The notes under the pieces were generated by a model. The model was given only the letters and a program-made list of their open reading frames with translations, ran no database searches and was not told the origin of the DNA. 35,230 bases of DNA, from positions 1-35,230 of the IMG/VR virus record IMGVR_UViG_3300016649_000574; one strand, 5' to 3'. Every line of letters begins with the position of its first letter. Position 1 is the first letter of the stretch. Source of the stretch: a virus (taxonomy: Duplodnaviria > Caudoviricetes). The position numbers and the translations under genes were made by a program. Shown here one piece after another: positions 9,784-18,992 of the stretch.

Positions 9784-10488
9784 CTACCTCGAACTTGCTA
9801 GAAGGCTTGCGCCCATGGATCCACCGAACCGGCGGGTGTTGCCCCGAAGTTTGCAGCTGCTCCACCAACCACCACAGCGGTCCAGCGCTGGGTTGTCAGT
9901 GGGCTGGTTCTTCTTGTCGAACATCGCCGTGCCGGTGTAGGCGCAAGCCTCCTGCCGGTACCCGCCACGGCAGGCCCACCGGCAAAGCTTGGTGATTTGC
10001 TGAGCCGGCAGCATCTGGCCTTCCATGTCCGTGGGGCTCGAAAGCGAGAAAGTCACCGAGATGCTCGGTAGCGCCTCGGTCTTCTGCTCGATAAACCAGA
10101 GGTTCGTCTTGGCCTGGTCACTTGCTTCCGGGTTGCCGTCAGGGAAGTTCGCGGCATCCAGGAAGTGGCGGAACGTCTCGATCACCTTGACCCGCGCCCC
10201 GGCCAGATCGCGGAACTGAAAGCACAGGGCAGTGATCGCCCCGCGAACGCCACCTAGCTCATCGTCTACCTTCAGCGTTGGCGAAGCAGGTCGTCCATCG
10301 CCGCGGATGTCGAAGCCCTTGGCCTCGATCTGGAGCGGCGAGTACAACTGCCCCTGCCAAATAATGTCTCGCTCATGGGCGTGTCCGTGGAAACGCCAAA
10401 GCAACCCACCCAGGCGCGTGGCGTCCAGCTCATACAGCCGGATCTGGTTACCCGGCTCGAGCTTTTGGATATCGGTGTTGTAATTCAT
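9784..10488 (-). CDS. Minor tail protein L
   Basis: CRW..RGGYRQEACAY...DRC....SSCKLR Cys cluster, FGG C-terminus. Confidence 0.92.
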   Translation of the reverse strand: MNYNTDIQKLEPGNQIRLYELDATRLGGLLWRFHGHAHERDIIWQGQLYSPLQIEAKGFDIRGDGRPASPTLKVDDELGGVRGAITALCFQFRDLAGARVKVIETFRHFLDAANFPDGNPEASDQAKTNLWFIEQKTEALPSISVTFSLSSPTDMEGQMLPAQQITKLCRWACRGGYRQEACAYTGTAMFDKKNQPTDNPALDRCGGWWSSCKLRGNTRRFGGSMGASLLASSR

Positions 10489-10500
10489 AGGGCCCCAGAA

Positions 10501-10527
10501 ACAAGAAACCCCGCACTTGGCGGGGCT
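10501..10527 (-). terminator. Putative intrinsic terminator between M and L
   Basis: CCCCGC/GCGGGG stem followed by TTTCTTGTTT on the - strand. Confidence 0.6.
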
Positions 10528-10536
10528 TGGTGAGGG

Positions 10537-10887
10537 TTAAGGTCGGGGGTTAAATACCTGCTTAACAGAGAACGTGACGGTGTAAACTTCCTCGCCGAGT
10601 GCCTTTTTCTTATAGCCATTTGCCCGGTACCAACCTTCCGGCTCCCCTGGCGGCGCGTATCGGAATGCCTTGTATCCTTCGTGACGATCGAGAAAAGCTA
10701 GAAGCTTAGGCAATTCCTCGCCCGGGAGATTCTCGCCGGTGTGCACTAGATTCCACACTTGGCTCTTTGTGTTGATACCAATGCCGCCGGCCTGCACCAT
10801 TCCATCACCGAATTCGTTTTCCCAGGTTCGCTGGCTGATATCGCCTTCAAGGCCGACCTCAACATCAAACGTAAATGTCTCAGCCAT
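10537..10887 (-). CDS. Minor tail protein M (distal tail)
   Basis: FGDG..Q....GIN, FLDRH.G.KAF motifs; TGATG overlap with the tape measure stop. Confidence 0.9.
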   Translation of the reverse strand: MAETFTFDVEVGLEGDISQRTWENEFGDGMVQAGGIGINTKSQVWNLVHTGENLPGEELPKLLAFLDRHEGYKAFRYAPPGEPEGWYRANGYKKKALGEEVYTVTFSVKQVFNPRP

Positions 10888-13595
10888 CAACGCCTCCACA
10901 GCCGGCCACCTTGGCCCATTTCACGATCAAGGAATTTTCCGAACTGCGCCTCCAGACCTGACGACATCGCCTGTCCCTGGCGCGCTGCTTCCTGATCGGA
11001 CATGCCCGGCTGGGCCTGCACGCTGATTGGCGCGTTGAACACAATCTGTGTGGGCCCGCTCGGCGCAACCGGAGAAGACCCAACCAGCGCGGCGCGACCG
11101 TTACCGTCCGACTCCAGGCTGCCAACCCCGATCTGTGCGCGGGGCTGGGAGCCGCTCAGGCCGTTATCAATCCTGGACAGCATCGCATCCAGTTTTGCGC
11201 TGGTCTGAGCCGTGGTAACCCGCTCGCCCTTTTGCAGGAACCAGCTCCCATCCTCGGGCACCGAGTCGATACCGTCGTGCGCCATACCCGCAAGCGCCGT
11301 CATACCAACAGCCGAAGCCAGAGGACCAGTTACGGTGAGCGCCGCCGCCATAGCCGCCGGAGCGGCCGCAGGGCCGATGATCGGAATAGCAGCAGTCGAC
11401 GCGTAGGCGTTGAGCCCTGCCTGCAACGACATGGCTTGCGCGTTCGCGCCGAGGGCAGTAGCGGCGCCAGATTGAGTAGCCTTTCCGACCAGCAACTGAA
11501 CACCCTGATAGATCAGCCACTGAGCCGCCATGTCGCCCAGCGCTTTCAGCATCGACTTGGCGAAGTTGCCAACCATATCGCCCAGGGCGTCACCGGCATC
11601 CTCGGCGCCGCTGGCCACGTCCGAGAAGAACGTGCCCAGCCCGCCAGTGGCTTCACTCAGCGCGGTGTTGGTGATATCCATGGCCTGAGCCGAATAATCC
11701 CGAGCGGCGTCGGCGTAGTTGGCCCACGCCTCGTTGACTCCATTCATCCAGTTGGCTTGCTGCTCGTCCGTTGCTGCGTAGAAATTTTCCTGCGCCAGCA
11801 GGCGCTTGTTCAGTTCATCCTGTAGAACTTGGGTTTCATTGGCGTAGAGCTCTGGTGTGATCTGCCCGGTGTTGCGCTGCTCATTGAGCGTCGCCACATC
11901 AGCCACGTACTTTTGTCGCATGGCCAGGTCTGCGCGCATCCTGTCGCGCGCCTTGTCACCCATGCCTACGCCGGCCAGCTCTTGGTCGAAGCCATCCTTC
12001 GTGGTTTGGGTATTCAGTGCTTGGGCGTTCTTGAACGCCGTCAGCTTGAGGGCGTCCTCATTAGCTTTCTGGATCTCTTTGAGCTTATCGAGCTCGGCGG
12101 CCAACCCCTTGAGTTCCTTCTTGCGTGCTTCGCTCAGGTTGCCGAGCTTGCCCTCCTGCAGCTCGAACGAAAGCTTCATTACCTCGGTGGCGTCTTTCTG
12201 CTTGTCGCCCGTGGTGTTGATCAGCGCAATCTGCCGCTTGTAGCCTTCCTCCGTCGTCTTGAAGGCGTTGTCCAGTGCCTTCTGCGCGGCCTCGGCGGCT
12301 TTATCCGGACCGTTTTTGCCCAGCAAGCCGGTGATGCTGGTGGCTGGCAGTACGGTCGCTGGCGTCTCTGGTGTTTCCGACTTGCCGTCATCCCACCCCA
12401 TTTGCTTGGTGTAGCGCTTGTACTGGTCCAGCTTGGCCTCGGCCTCGCGCTGGGCGGCCTTCCAGTCCTTGTTCAGCAGAGCGTCACCAACGTAAAGCGA
12501 CGGGTCAGTGGCAATCTTTCCCAGTGGCCCGGATGCGTTGTTGTAAGCAGCCAGGTTGTCGACCAGTTCCTGCTGCTTTGCGACGCCAGCCAGGTGACGG
12601 TCCTTGTCGGAGCCGAACGCCGATGCTTTGAGCACCTGGTACTGGTTGATCAGGCTTTGCACGTCCGCCGGGAGGCGGGCTATGCCCTGAGCGGCAGCAC
12701 CCGTTATTTTGAGCACCATCGCCGCCAGGTCGGTCATGCCCTGCTGAAACTCGGGGTCAGTGACAATGGCGTGCAGTGAATCCATCGAGTCTTGCAAGGG
12801 GCTGATATCAACGCTGGCCAGACCGGCAGCGAACTCGTTTTTGAGACCCTTGGCTTGGTCTTCCATATCCTTCAGCAGATCGTAGGTCTTTACAAGAGCG
12901 TCGATCTGCTTCTGGTCCATCGCAATGCCGTAGTCGCCGGCCTGCTTCGCCAGCTTGCGGAAGCCCTCGGCGTTGTTGTCCAGCAAGGGCAGCATCCGCG
13001 ACAGGTCGTTGCCAAGGCTTTCAAGGATATTGATCTTCTCAGCCTGAGTGCCGACGCTCTCTAAGCCTTTAGCGATCGCCAGCAGTTGCTGGTCGGGTGT
13101 GAGCGTGGCAAGCGCCTTGGCCGAAAGCCCTAGCTTGTTCAGCGCGTCTACCGCCTCACCGCCGTTGGTGATCAGCACGTCACCGATCTTGTCTCCAATG
13201 TCCTTGAAGATATCGGCCATGTTGTCGCCGGATAGTCCGGCGCGCTCGGCCGCGTACTGCCACTCCTGGAGTGACCGAGTGTTCATCCCAAGGGACTTGG
13301 CCCAGCGCTGCGTCTCGGCTGTCGCCTCTGCCGTCTGCTTGAGCATTGCCAGGGAGGCGGCGCCGGCAGCGGCGGCGCCAGTGACCAGGCTGGCGACCGC
13401 AGTGCCGGCGAGCTTTCCAGCTTGTTCTGCGGATAACCCCATGCGATTAAAGGCACGGTCCACTACGCCCAGGTTACCGTCGATTTTCTTACTTGCGTTG
13501 CCGACAGCGTTATCAGCACGGTTCAGCTCACTGCGCAGCTGTTGCGTCGTCGCTTCAATGCGCACCAGCATCCCGTGTACGTCAGTGTCGGCCAT
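10887..13595 (-). CDS. Tape measure protein
   Basis: 902 aa, Ala-rich helical, C-terminal lambda-H-like GMAHDG...LQKGERV; GGAG RBS before ATG 13595. Confidence 0.93.
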   Translation of the reverse strand: MADTDVHGMLVRIEATTQQLRSELNRADNAVGNASKKIDGNLGVVDRAFNRMGLSAEQAGKLAGTAVASLVTGAAAAGAASLAMLKQTAEATAETQRWAKSLGMNTRSLQEWQYAAERAGLSGDNMADIFKDIGDKIGDVLITNGGEAVDALNKLGLSAKALATLTPDQQLLAIAKGLESVGTQAEKINILESLGNDLSRMLPLLDNNAEGFRKLAKQAGDYGIAMDQKQIDALVKTYDLLKDMEDQAKGLKNEFAAGLASVDISPLQDSMDSLHAIVTDPEFQQGMTDLAAMVLKITGAAAQGIARLPADVQSLINQYQVLKASAFGSDKDRHLAGVAKQQELVDNLAAYNNASGPLGKIATDPSLYVGDALLNKDWKAAQREAEAKLDQYKRYTKQMGWDDGKSETPETPATVLPATSITGLLGKNGPDKAAEAAQKALDNAFKTTEEGYKRQIALINTTGDKQKDATEVMKLSFELQEGKLGNLSEARKKELKGLAAELDKLKEIQKANEDALKLTAFKNAQALNTQTTKDGFDQELAGVGMGDKARDRMRADLAMRQKYVADVATLNEQRNTGQITPELYANETQVLQDELNKRLLAQENFYAATDEQQANWMNGVNEAWANYADAARDYSAQAMDITNTALSEATGGLGTFFSDVASGAEDAGDALGDMVGNFAKSMLKALGDMAAQWLIYQGVQLLVGKATQSGAATALGANAQAMSLQAGLNAYASTAAIPIIGPAAAPAAMAAALTVTGPLASAVGMTALAGMAHDGIDSVPEDGSWFLQKGERVTTAQTSAKLDAMLSRIDNGLSGSQPRAQIGVGSLESDGNGRAALVGSSPVAPSGPTQIVFNAPISVQAQPGMSDQEAARQGQAMSSGLEAQFGKFLDREMGQGGRLWRR

Positions 13596-13609
13596 ACTTT
13601 TCTCCAGGC

Positions 13610-13637
13610 AATAAAAAAACCCAGCATGTGGCTGGGC
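13610..13637 (-). terminator. Intrinsic terminator of the lipoprotein moron
   Basis: CCCAGC/GCTGGG stem followed by a T-run on the - strand. Confidence 0.75.
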
Positions 13638-13663
13638 TCTTCTTGTTCTATTTTTAAAGCGGG

Positions 13664-13969
13664 TTACGGGTTCGCGGTATCTGTAGTGGTGAAGCTCGCC
13701 ACCTTGCCGTTGGAGTCCAACACAACACTCAATGCTTGGTTGGTGTAACTGGAGCCAGCGAAACCGACATTTGCATAACCCCAAGACATAACTTGCGTTC
13801 CATCAGAGTTCCGCGCGGTAACCAAAGGCTTGCCAAAACTGCTAAGCAAGTCCTGTTTGGTTGTTACGCCCTGTTTGATTTGGTCAAGTTGGGCTTGAGT
13901 AACAGGCTTGCCGTATGTACTGCAGGCTACCAGCAGGCATACCGCTATTAAAGTGAGTACCTTTTTCAT
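13664..13969 (-). CDS. Moron lipoprotein, BamE/SmpA-OmlA-like fold
   Basis: MKK-hydrophobic-LVAC lipobox; IKQGVTTKQDLLSSFGKP motif; own terminator and extended -10 TGGTAGATT at 13999-14007. Confidence 0.8.
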   Translation of the reverse strand: MKKVLTLIAVCLLVACSTYGKPVTQAQLDQIKQGVTTKQDLLSSFGKPLVTARNSDGTQVMSWGYANVGFAGSSYTNQALSVVLDSNGKVASFTTTDTANP

Positions 13970-14020
13970 TACGTTGCTACCTCTCCATTTGAGAGCGCAA
14001 TCTACCAGAAACAATATGGA

Positions 14021-14299
14021 TCAAGCTGTCTGCCTACCGGTCAGAGCGTGGCGCAGCTTATCCGCCACGGTAGACGCCGTAGGCTTCTCGGTCTTGGCCT
14101 TTGTCTTGCCAGTGCCGAAGGGGTTGGTCATCTGCGCCCACTCGATCTTGGCATCCATGGCCAGGAACAGTTCGGGTATGGGAGTGGACCAGGCCAGCTC
14201 CGGCGTCCAACCCAGCCAGCCGGTGGCTACCGCATAGAGCCGGTCGACGTAGCTGCCGTTCTCGACAGCACTTACGCCGCCGCCGGCTTTTCCTTTCCC
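14021..14299 (-). CDS. Tail assembly chaperone T domain, expressed as a G-T fusion by -1 frameshift
   Basis: Open -1 frame from the GGGAAAG slippery site to TGA at 14021-14023; LGWTPELAWSTPIPEL motif. Confidence 0.85.
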   Translation of the reverse strand, partial: GKGKAGGGVSAVENGSYVDRLYAVATGWLGWTPELAWSTPIPELFLAMDAKIEWAQMTNPFGTGKTKAKTEKPTASTVADKLRHALTGRQTA

Positions 14300-14601
14300 G
14301 CGTCAGGGCCTTTCGGGTTGTACAGCGCCACCAGGTAAGCGTTCAGCTGCACGGAAACGTCCACCACGCCCGCCAGCCAGACCTGCTCAGCGACAGCCCC
14401 GGCCGCCTTGCCTGTCAAGCCAGCACCGCCGGCGATGATAACCGCACAACCTTCGATGCTCAGCGCATTGATAGCCTGAGACGCCCCGCGCAGCCCTCCG
14501 AAGTGCGCCTCGATCGCGCGGACAGCGCCAAGCGTCGGGGTCAAGGTGTAAGTCTCGTCGCCAAGCTTGATGCCGACCGTTCCGTAAAGGGTCTTGCTCA
14601 T
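14272..14601 (-). CDS. Tail assembly chaperone G
   Basis: Between major tail and tape measure genes; ends ...AGKEKPAAA across the slippery site. Confidence 0.85.
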   Translation of the reverse strand: MSKTLYGTVGIKLGDETYTLTPTLGAVRAIEAHFGGLRGASQAINALSIEGCAVIIAGGAGLTGKAAGAVAEQVWLAGVVDVSVQLNAYLVALYNPKGPDAGKEKPAAA

Positions 14602-14640
14602 TTGTCGAATCCTTGGGGTTCGGGGCCGGAGCCCCGCAGG

Positions 14641-15138
14641 TTAGGCGGCGGCAGCCGGGAGGATTTCCAGGATGTCGGAGTTGATGCCGATGGTGACGTT
14701 GCGGCGAACCACGTTGTCAGCAGCGCCGGCGGCGACTGTGTTGTTCATCACCTTGCCCCGCAGGTAGAACGTGGTAGGCAGGATTGCCGGGGTGGCATCA
14801 GGATCGCCGTCGTTCAGGGTGATCTTGATGTTGTAATCGCCCTTGCTGCGGTCGCGGTGAGCGATCTTCAGCTTTGCCTGGCCCAGGTCGCCGTTGTCCA
14901 AGCCTACGGCCAGGGTGAGGTCTCCGGCGTCCGCCGTGCCCTTGTACTTGCGCACGCGGCCATCGCGCAGCGAGGTGAAAGTCACGGAGCTGAACGTATC
15001 ACCGAACTCACCCAAGTCTTCCACCTCGCCGATATCGACATAGGTGTCAGCCTTGTAGAGCGCTTCAGTGTCCGCGCCGCTCTTGCTACCGATACCGATC
15101 CGGCAGCCGGCGGCTGTATTGAGGTTGTCTTCGGCCAT
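14641..15138 (-). CDS. Major tail tube protein
   Basis: IGEVEDLGEFGD, RKYKGTADAG motifs; GGAGG RBS before ATG 15138. Confidence 0.88.
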   Translation of the reverse strand: MAEDNLNTAAGCRIGIGSKSGADTEALYKADTYVDIGEVEDLGEFGDTFSSVTFTSLRDGRVRKYKGTADAGDLTLAVGLDNGDLGQAKLKIAHRDRSKGDYNIKITLNDGDPDATPAILPTTFYLRGKVMNNTVAAGAADNVVRRNVTIGINSDILEILPAAAA

Positions 15139-15193
15139 GGGGGTTCCTCCAAAGGCACATTGGATAAAGCCGCAGGGCGGCCGGGTGTTGGGT

Positions 15194-15580
15194 TTAGTGG
15201 GTGGTGATGACGCGGACCGTGACCGACCCTTGATACGTGACGCCGTCAGCATCGCGCTGGGCGTTGGCCTGCTCGACACGGACCGATACAGCGCGCCCAA
15301 CGGTCAACGGCAGGCGGCGCTCGTCCAATGCAGCTACAACCTCACCGAGGATGCGCTTCACCTCGGCCTGGCCGTGTGCGTCCGACCAGACCGACAGGTA
15401 AACCAACCGCTGCTCGCGCTTCCTGCCGGCAATGGGTGAGGTGTTCCTGGAAATCTCTCGGTCAATTGAGACGTACGGCATGGGAGAATCCATGGGCGCG
15501 CCGTCGTGGACAGGGCAAGAAACTTCCGCTGTCAGCCTGGCAAAGATTGCCTCCTGCAGGGAAACAGACGGATCAGACAT
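15194..15580 (-). CDS. Tail completion/terminator protein (DUF3168-like)
   Basis: LQEAIFARL, PYVSI, LSVWS motifs; position before the tube gene. Confidence 0.85.
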   Translation of the reverse strand: MSDPSVSLQEAIFARLTAEVSCPVHDGAPMDSPMPYVSIDREISRNTSPIAGRKREQRLVYLSVWSDAHGQAEVKRILGEVVAALDERRLPLTVGRAVSVRVEQANAQRDADGVTYQGSVTVRVITTH

Positions 15581-16076
15581 CGGATAACCCCTTGCTTGCC
15601 TTGCTGAGTGTCCGGCCTATTGCCGCCTGGATATTGGCAATCACATATTCCCGGTTAACATCCTTGGCTGGACGAAGCCATGGATGCGCAGGCCTCGCCG
15701 GAATATCCGGATACTTACCGAAGAAGTTAGCTCCATCAGCCTTGTTTGTAGGCCTGCGGTTCCTCCCGCCGGACCGCTTTTTGCCGGAGTAGCCCTTGGT
15801 CCCATACTCAACAAACCGCATGTAGAAGAACCGTTGTTTGTTCTTCTTGCCCCTGATACCGATCTGGGCGTCAAGGCCGCTTTTCGAAACAAAAACCGTC
15901 AGAGCGGCGGCAGCGGCGCCCGTGTCTTTCGGGATAAGGCTTTTCATCGTGGAGAGAATCCGCTCGGCACTGTCGCGCATCACCGGCGCCAGCTCGTTAT
16001 CCATGGTCGCGTGAATGTTGCGCAGCGTGCGGCGCAACTTGAAATCACCGGACATGCGCGATCGGCGGGCAGCCAT
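15573..16076 (-). CDS. HK97 gp10-like tail-completion protein
   Basis: PKDTG, FYMRFVEYGT, PAHPWLRPA motifs. Confidence 0.88.
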   Translation of the reverse strand: MAARRSRMSGDFKLRRTLRNIHATMDNELAPVMRDSAERILSTMKSLIPKDTGAAAAALTVFVSKSGLDAQIGIRGKKNKQRFFYMRFVEYGTKGYSGKKRSGGRNRRPTNKADGANFFGKYPDIPARPAHPWLRPAKDVNREYVIANIQAAIGRTLSKASKGLSDV

Positions 16077-16079
16077 GGC

Positions 16080-16250
16080 CTACTCCTTGGTCTTGGCCAG
16101 CTTCTCAGCGGGGGGCGCTGCTTCGGGTGCCGGCTCTACCAGTCCGCGCGCGACCAGGTCGGCACCGAGTTTGGCATCGACCACAAACTCATCACCCCTC
16201 TCTCGGTCACCAGTGGCGCCAGACAGGGTTCCCATGGCAACAACTTTCAT
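16080..16250 (-). CDS. Small 56-aa hypothetical protein (missing from the ORF track)
   Basis: GAGGTG RBS, MKVVAMGTLSGATGDRERGDEFVV...LVARGLVE...; fills the gap between neck genes. Confidence 0.7.
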   Translation of the reverse strand: MKVVAMGTLSGATGDRERGDEFVVDAKLGADLVARGLVEPAPEAAPPAEKLAKTKE

Positions 16251-16259
16251 AATTCACCT

Positions 16260-16592
16260 CTATGGATTGGGTACGTTTGAACAGAGCAATCGAAGCATGT
16301 CGCGCTCGTTGTTAGGGAGCGCGGCCTCGATCAGGTAGGTGGTGGCGATACAGTTTGCCGTGTGCACAAGGCGGTTACCCGCTACAGCATCAGCCCGGGG
16401 CCGGATAATGATCTCGGCGGTGACTATGGCTTTCACCTGCTCAGCCACTGGCGCGGTCCTACCTGTAGGCAGGGTGATCTCCGAATAGATCTTGCCGAGG
16501 TCAATCCAGGCGACGTCAAAGCCGCCAGTTGCGTTTTTCACGCGACTCGGTCTTTGAAGCATGCAACGGTGCCGTAACTGTCCGGCTCTCAT
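16260..16592 (-). CDS. Head closure / head-tail adaptor protein
   Basis: MRAGQLRHR N-terminal motif; position. Confidence 0.88.
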   Translation of the reverse strand: MRAGQLRHRCMLQRPSRVKNATGGFDVAWIDLGKIYSEITLPTGRTAPVAEQVKAIVTAEIIIRPRADAVAGNRLVHTANCIATTYLIEAALPNNERDMLRLLCSNVPNP

Positions 16593-16927
16593 GGCGCCTC
16601 CTCAGAATCGGGATCAACCAAGCCGCGCCAGTTCCTGGAAGCCCACAGTAATGACTCAACCCCCATCGGCAATTCCGAAGTTATGGTGCCGATCACGACC
16701 GCCTCGCGAGTTGAGTACGAGTGCCCCAACAAAAGGAGCAGCGCGCTCTTGAATGACGCTGGGAAATCCGCCATCAACTTGAGTGCCGGGTTGTCGCAAT
16801 ACCACAGCGCCCACGCCAGAGCCGATTCAGCGTAGAGCTCGATCAAGTCGTCATCGTCTTCATGGTCGACGCGCAAATGCTTTCGCATCAAGGCGATCGA
16901 CAGCAGATCGGTGATGGGGATGCTCAT
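16589..16927 (-). CDS. Head-tail connector (HK97 gp6-like)
   Basis: KHLRVD...DDDLIELY, ALLLLLGH.Y..RE motifs. Confidence 0.9.
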   Translation of the reverse strand: MSIPITDLLSIALMRKHLRVDHEDDDDLIELYAESALAWALWYCDNPALKLMADFPASFKSALLLLLGHSYSTREAVVIGTITSELPMGVESLLWASRNWRGLVDPDSEEAP

Positions 16928-17109
16928 TTTTTACCACCTGCTTTTTTTGCCGGGCCACCTTCCGGCTTTTCGGAGGGCTCAACTACTTCTGCCAGGTCCA
17001 TACCGACCAAGGCTTCGGCAATCTCATCGGCTACCGAACGTTCCTCGAACTGATCGAAGCTGCCGGCGTGATAGTGCGAAAACTGGCGCAACGCTCGAAT
17101 CTTGATCAT
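16924..17109 (-). CDS. Small hypothetical protein after the capsid gene
   Basis: 61 aa, Lys-rich tail, ATGA overlap with the connector gene. Confidence 0.65.
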   Translation of the reverse strand: MIKIRALRQFSHYHAGSFDQFEERSVADEIAEALVGMDLAEVVEPSEKPEGGPAKKAGGKK

Positions 17110-17144
17110 GACGCAATCGGGGCAGTTGCCTGCCCCGGCCTCGT

Positions 17145-18308
17145 TTATGCTGCGGTTGCGAAAGGACCGGTGATGATCGCGGTTGGCCGGTAGTGAGCCA
17201 GGGCCAGGCGCTCTTCACAGAGGATGGTCAACATGTTCTTGACGAAGTTGTCGCGATCTTCACGACTGACTTCGACGGTTGCGTCCATGCGATCCCAGAC
17301 CTGAGATGCCAAGTCAAAGCCGCCGACGGTGAACGTGCCCAGCGCCTGGGCCTTGGTAGCTACTACCGGCAGGCCCCACATGACCTTGGCGGCGAACGCA
17401 GCCGGGCCGCCGAAGATGTAGCGACCATCCGCATCTTTCAGCAACGCGATCGCGTGCCAGTCACGCGGGTTGAGGATGATGCCGGAGGCTTCAAACTCGG
17501 ACTCGCTTGTCTGGAAGATCGCGTGAGCAATCTTGTCGGCGCGGGTATCACCGGTCACGTTCAACGTTGCGTCGTATGCGGTGGCTACCTTGTTCAGGCC
17601 GGTCAGATTGTCACCGGTGCCATCACCGTTCAGCAACTGGCCTTCTTCCACCAACGCGAGCCCGAAAAGCAGACGGTTGTTCACGTAAGACTCGAGCATC
17701 GGCGCATCGTCCATGACTTGGCGCGAAGCCTGGATCCAGTGAGCGATGGTTTTGACGTTCGCCGTTTCCTTGGTGAAGGTCAGGTTGGACTCAGGCTTGA
17801 GGTTGAACTCGGCGACCGGCGCAGCGCTGTTGGTGAAGATGTTCTCGCGAACATATTCCAGCGAGTTGGAACTGATGCGGCCCTGCGCCAGCAGGTCACG
17901 GATGGTGAAGCGGCGAAGGCCTGGCATCAAAATACCGGCATTGCGCTGCGGCTCAATCAAAGCGCCGGCAGAGCCTGCCGTACTGCCCAATTGCTTGTTG
18001 AAGCTCTTGACGTCGACCTTGCCCGAGGACTTACCGTCCCAGGACTTTTGAAGGTCGATCGCAGTTTGTTCAGCGAAAGACTTCTTCGTTTCGGGGTTAT
18101 CCAAGTTGCCGGCGGCCAGTTTTTGCTCCAGATCGAAGAGTCGGGTGCCGGATTTGGTCAGCTCCTCCTGGACAGTTTGGAGATCGGCCTGCAGCTTTTT
18201 ACTGACCGCGCCGGTCTCTGTGATTTCTTTTTTCTGCGCATCGAACAATTCAGTCATGTTCTTTTGCGATTCTTCAATAGCCTTTTGGATCTGGGCCAAT
18301 TCGGACAT
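17145..18308 (-). CDS. Major capsid protein, HK97 family
   Basis: N-terminal coiled-coil delta domain; closely resembles HK97 gp5 (MSELAQIQKAIEESQ; FVKNMLTILCEERLALAHYRP). Confidence 0.96.
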   Translation of the reverse strand: MSELAQIQKAIEESQKNMTELFDAQKKEITETGAVSKKLQADLQTVQEELTKSGTRLFDLEQKLAAGNLDNPETKKSFAEQTAIDLQKSWDGKSSGKVDVKSFNKQLGSTAGSAGALIEPQRNAGILMPGLRRFTIRDLLAQGRISSNSLEYVRENIFTNSAAPVAEFNLKPESNLTFTKETANVKTIAHWIQASRQVMDDAPMLESYVNNRLLFGLALVEEGQLLNGDGTGDNLTGLNKVATAYDATLNVTGDTRADKIAHAIFQTSESEFEASGIILNPRDWHAIALLKDADGRYIFGGPAAFAAKVMWGLPVVATKAQALGTFTVGGFDLASQVWDRMDATVEVSREDRDNFVKNMLTILCEERLALAHYRPTAIITGPFATAA

Positions 18309-18311
18309 GGT

Positions 18312-18974
18312 TCATTTTCCTACAGATGGGAAGGACTTAAGGCGATCAAGGATCGCGGTGATTTCGCCACCTTCGGAATCGCTCCGAACTGCGGACTTAA
18401 TCCGGGCAACAAGGCCCAGAGCTTGCGACTTGGACAGACCGACCGAATCCCTCAGCCAGTGCTCAACGTCGCGAATAGTTGTGATCGACTCCATGGACTT
18501 CATGGACTCGATAGTTGCCAGTTCATTGGCTGGAAACGTGCAAATGCTGATCTCTCGCAGTGCGGCCACGCTCTTGAACGCGCGCCCGGTGGCGATCATG
18601 TCGAAATCGTTTTTCATCACGGTGAAACCGACAGACATGCCCTCGACAGTCTTGTGCTCCATCGCGGCGCGAAGATCGTTAGAAACGGAAAGACCTGGCG
18701 TCAATTCGCCGCGAACGATCAAGCCCTTACTGTCCTCTTCAAGCGACTGCCATTTGCCCACCGGCAAACCGTAGGTTTGGTGATTGAAGAACATGCCAAC
18801 CTGCCGGCTCTGCGTGCTCAAGGCTTTTTTAAACGCGCCTGGAAGGATGATGTCGCCATCCGAATCGATCACATCGAAAACGCTGGCATATCCCTCGAAA
18901 ACCCCAACTTTTCCGCCTGAATCGAATTTGATCTCAGCCTCAGCGAACGCCAGGGTCTTTTGAATGTTTGACAT
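18312..18974 (-). CDS. Prohead protease, HK97 family
   Basis: FEGYASVF, MFFNH, GMSVGF, LREISICTFPAN motifs. Confidence 0.94.
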   Translation of the reverse strand: MSNIQKTLAFAEAEIKFDSGGKVGVFEGYASVFDVIDSDGDIILPGAFKKALSTQSRQVGMFFNHQTYGLPVGKWQSLEEDSKGLIVRGELTPGLSVSNDLRAAMEHKTVEGMSVGFTVMKNDFDMIATGRAFKSVAALREISICTFPANELATIESMKSMESITTIRDVEHWLRDSVGLSKSQALGLVARIKSAVRSDSEGGEITAILDRLKSFPSVGK

Positions 18975-18992
18975 TTGGCAGCTCCAGAAAAA

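Noticed and set aside
9017-15207. Long + strand ORFs (9017-9940, 11829-12779, 14101-15207)
   Set aside because: Antisense to well-supported tail genes, no recognisable product
17193-18920. 575-aa + strand ORF
   Set aside because: Antisense shadow of capsid and protease genes; typical of high-GC codon bias, no motifs
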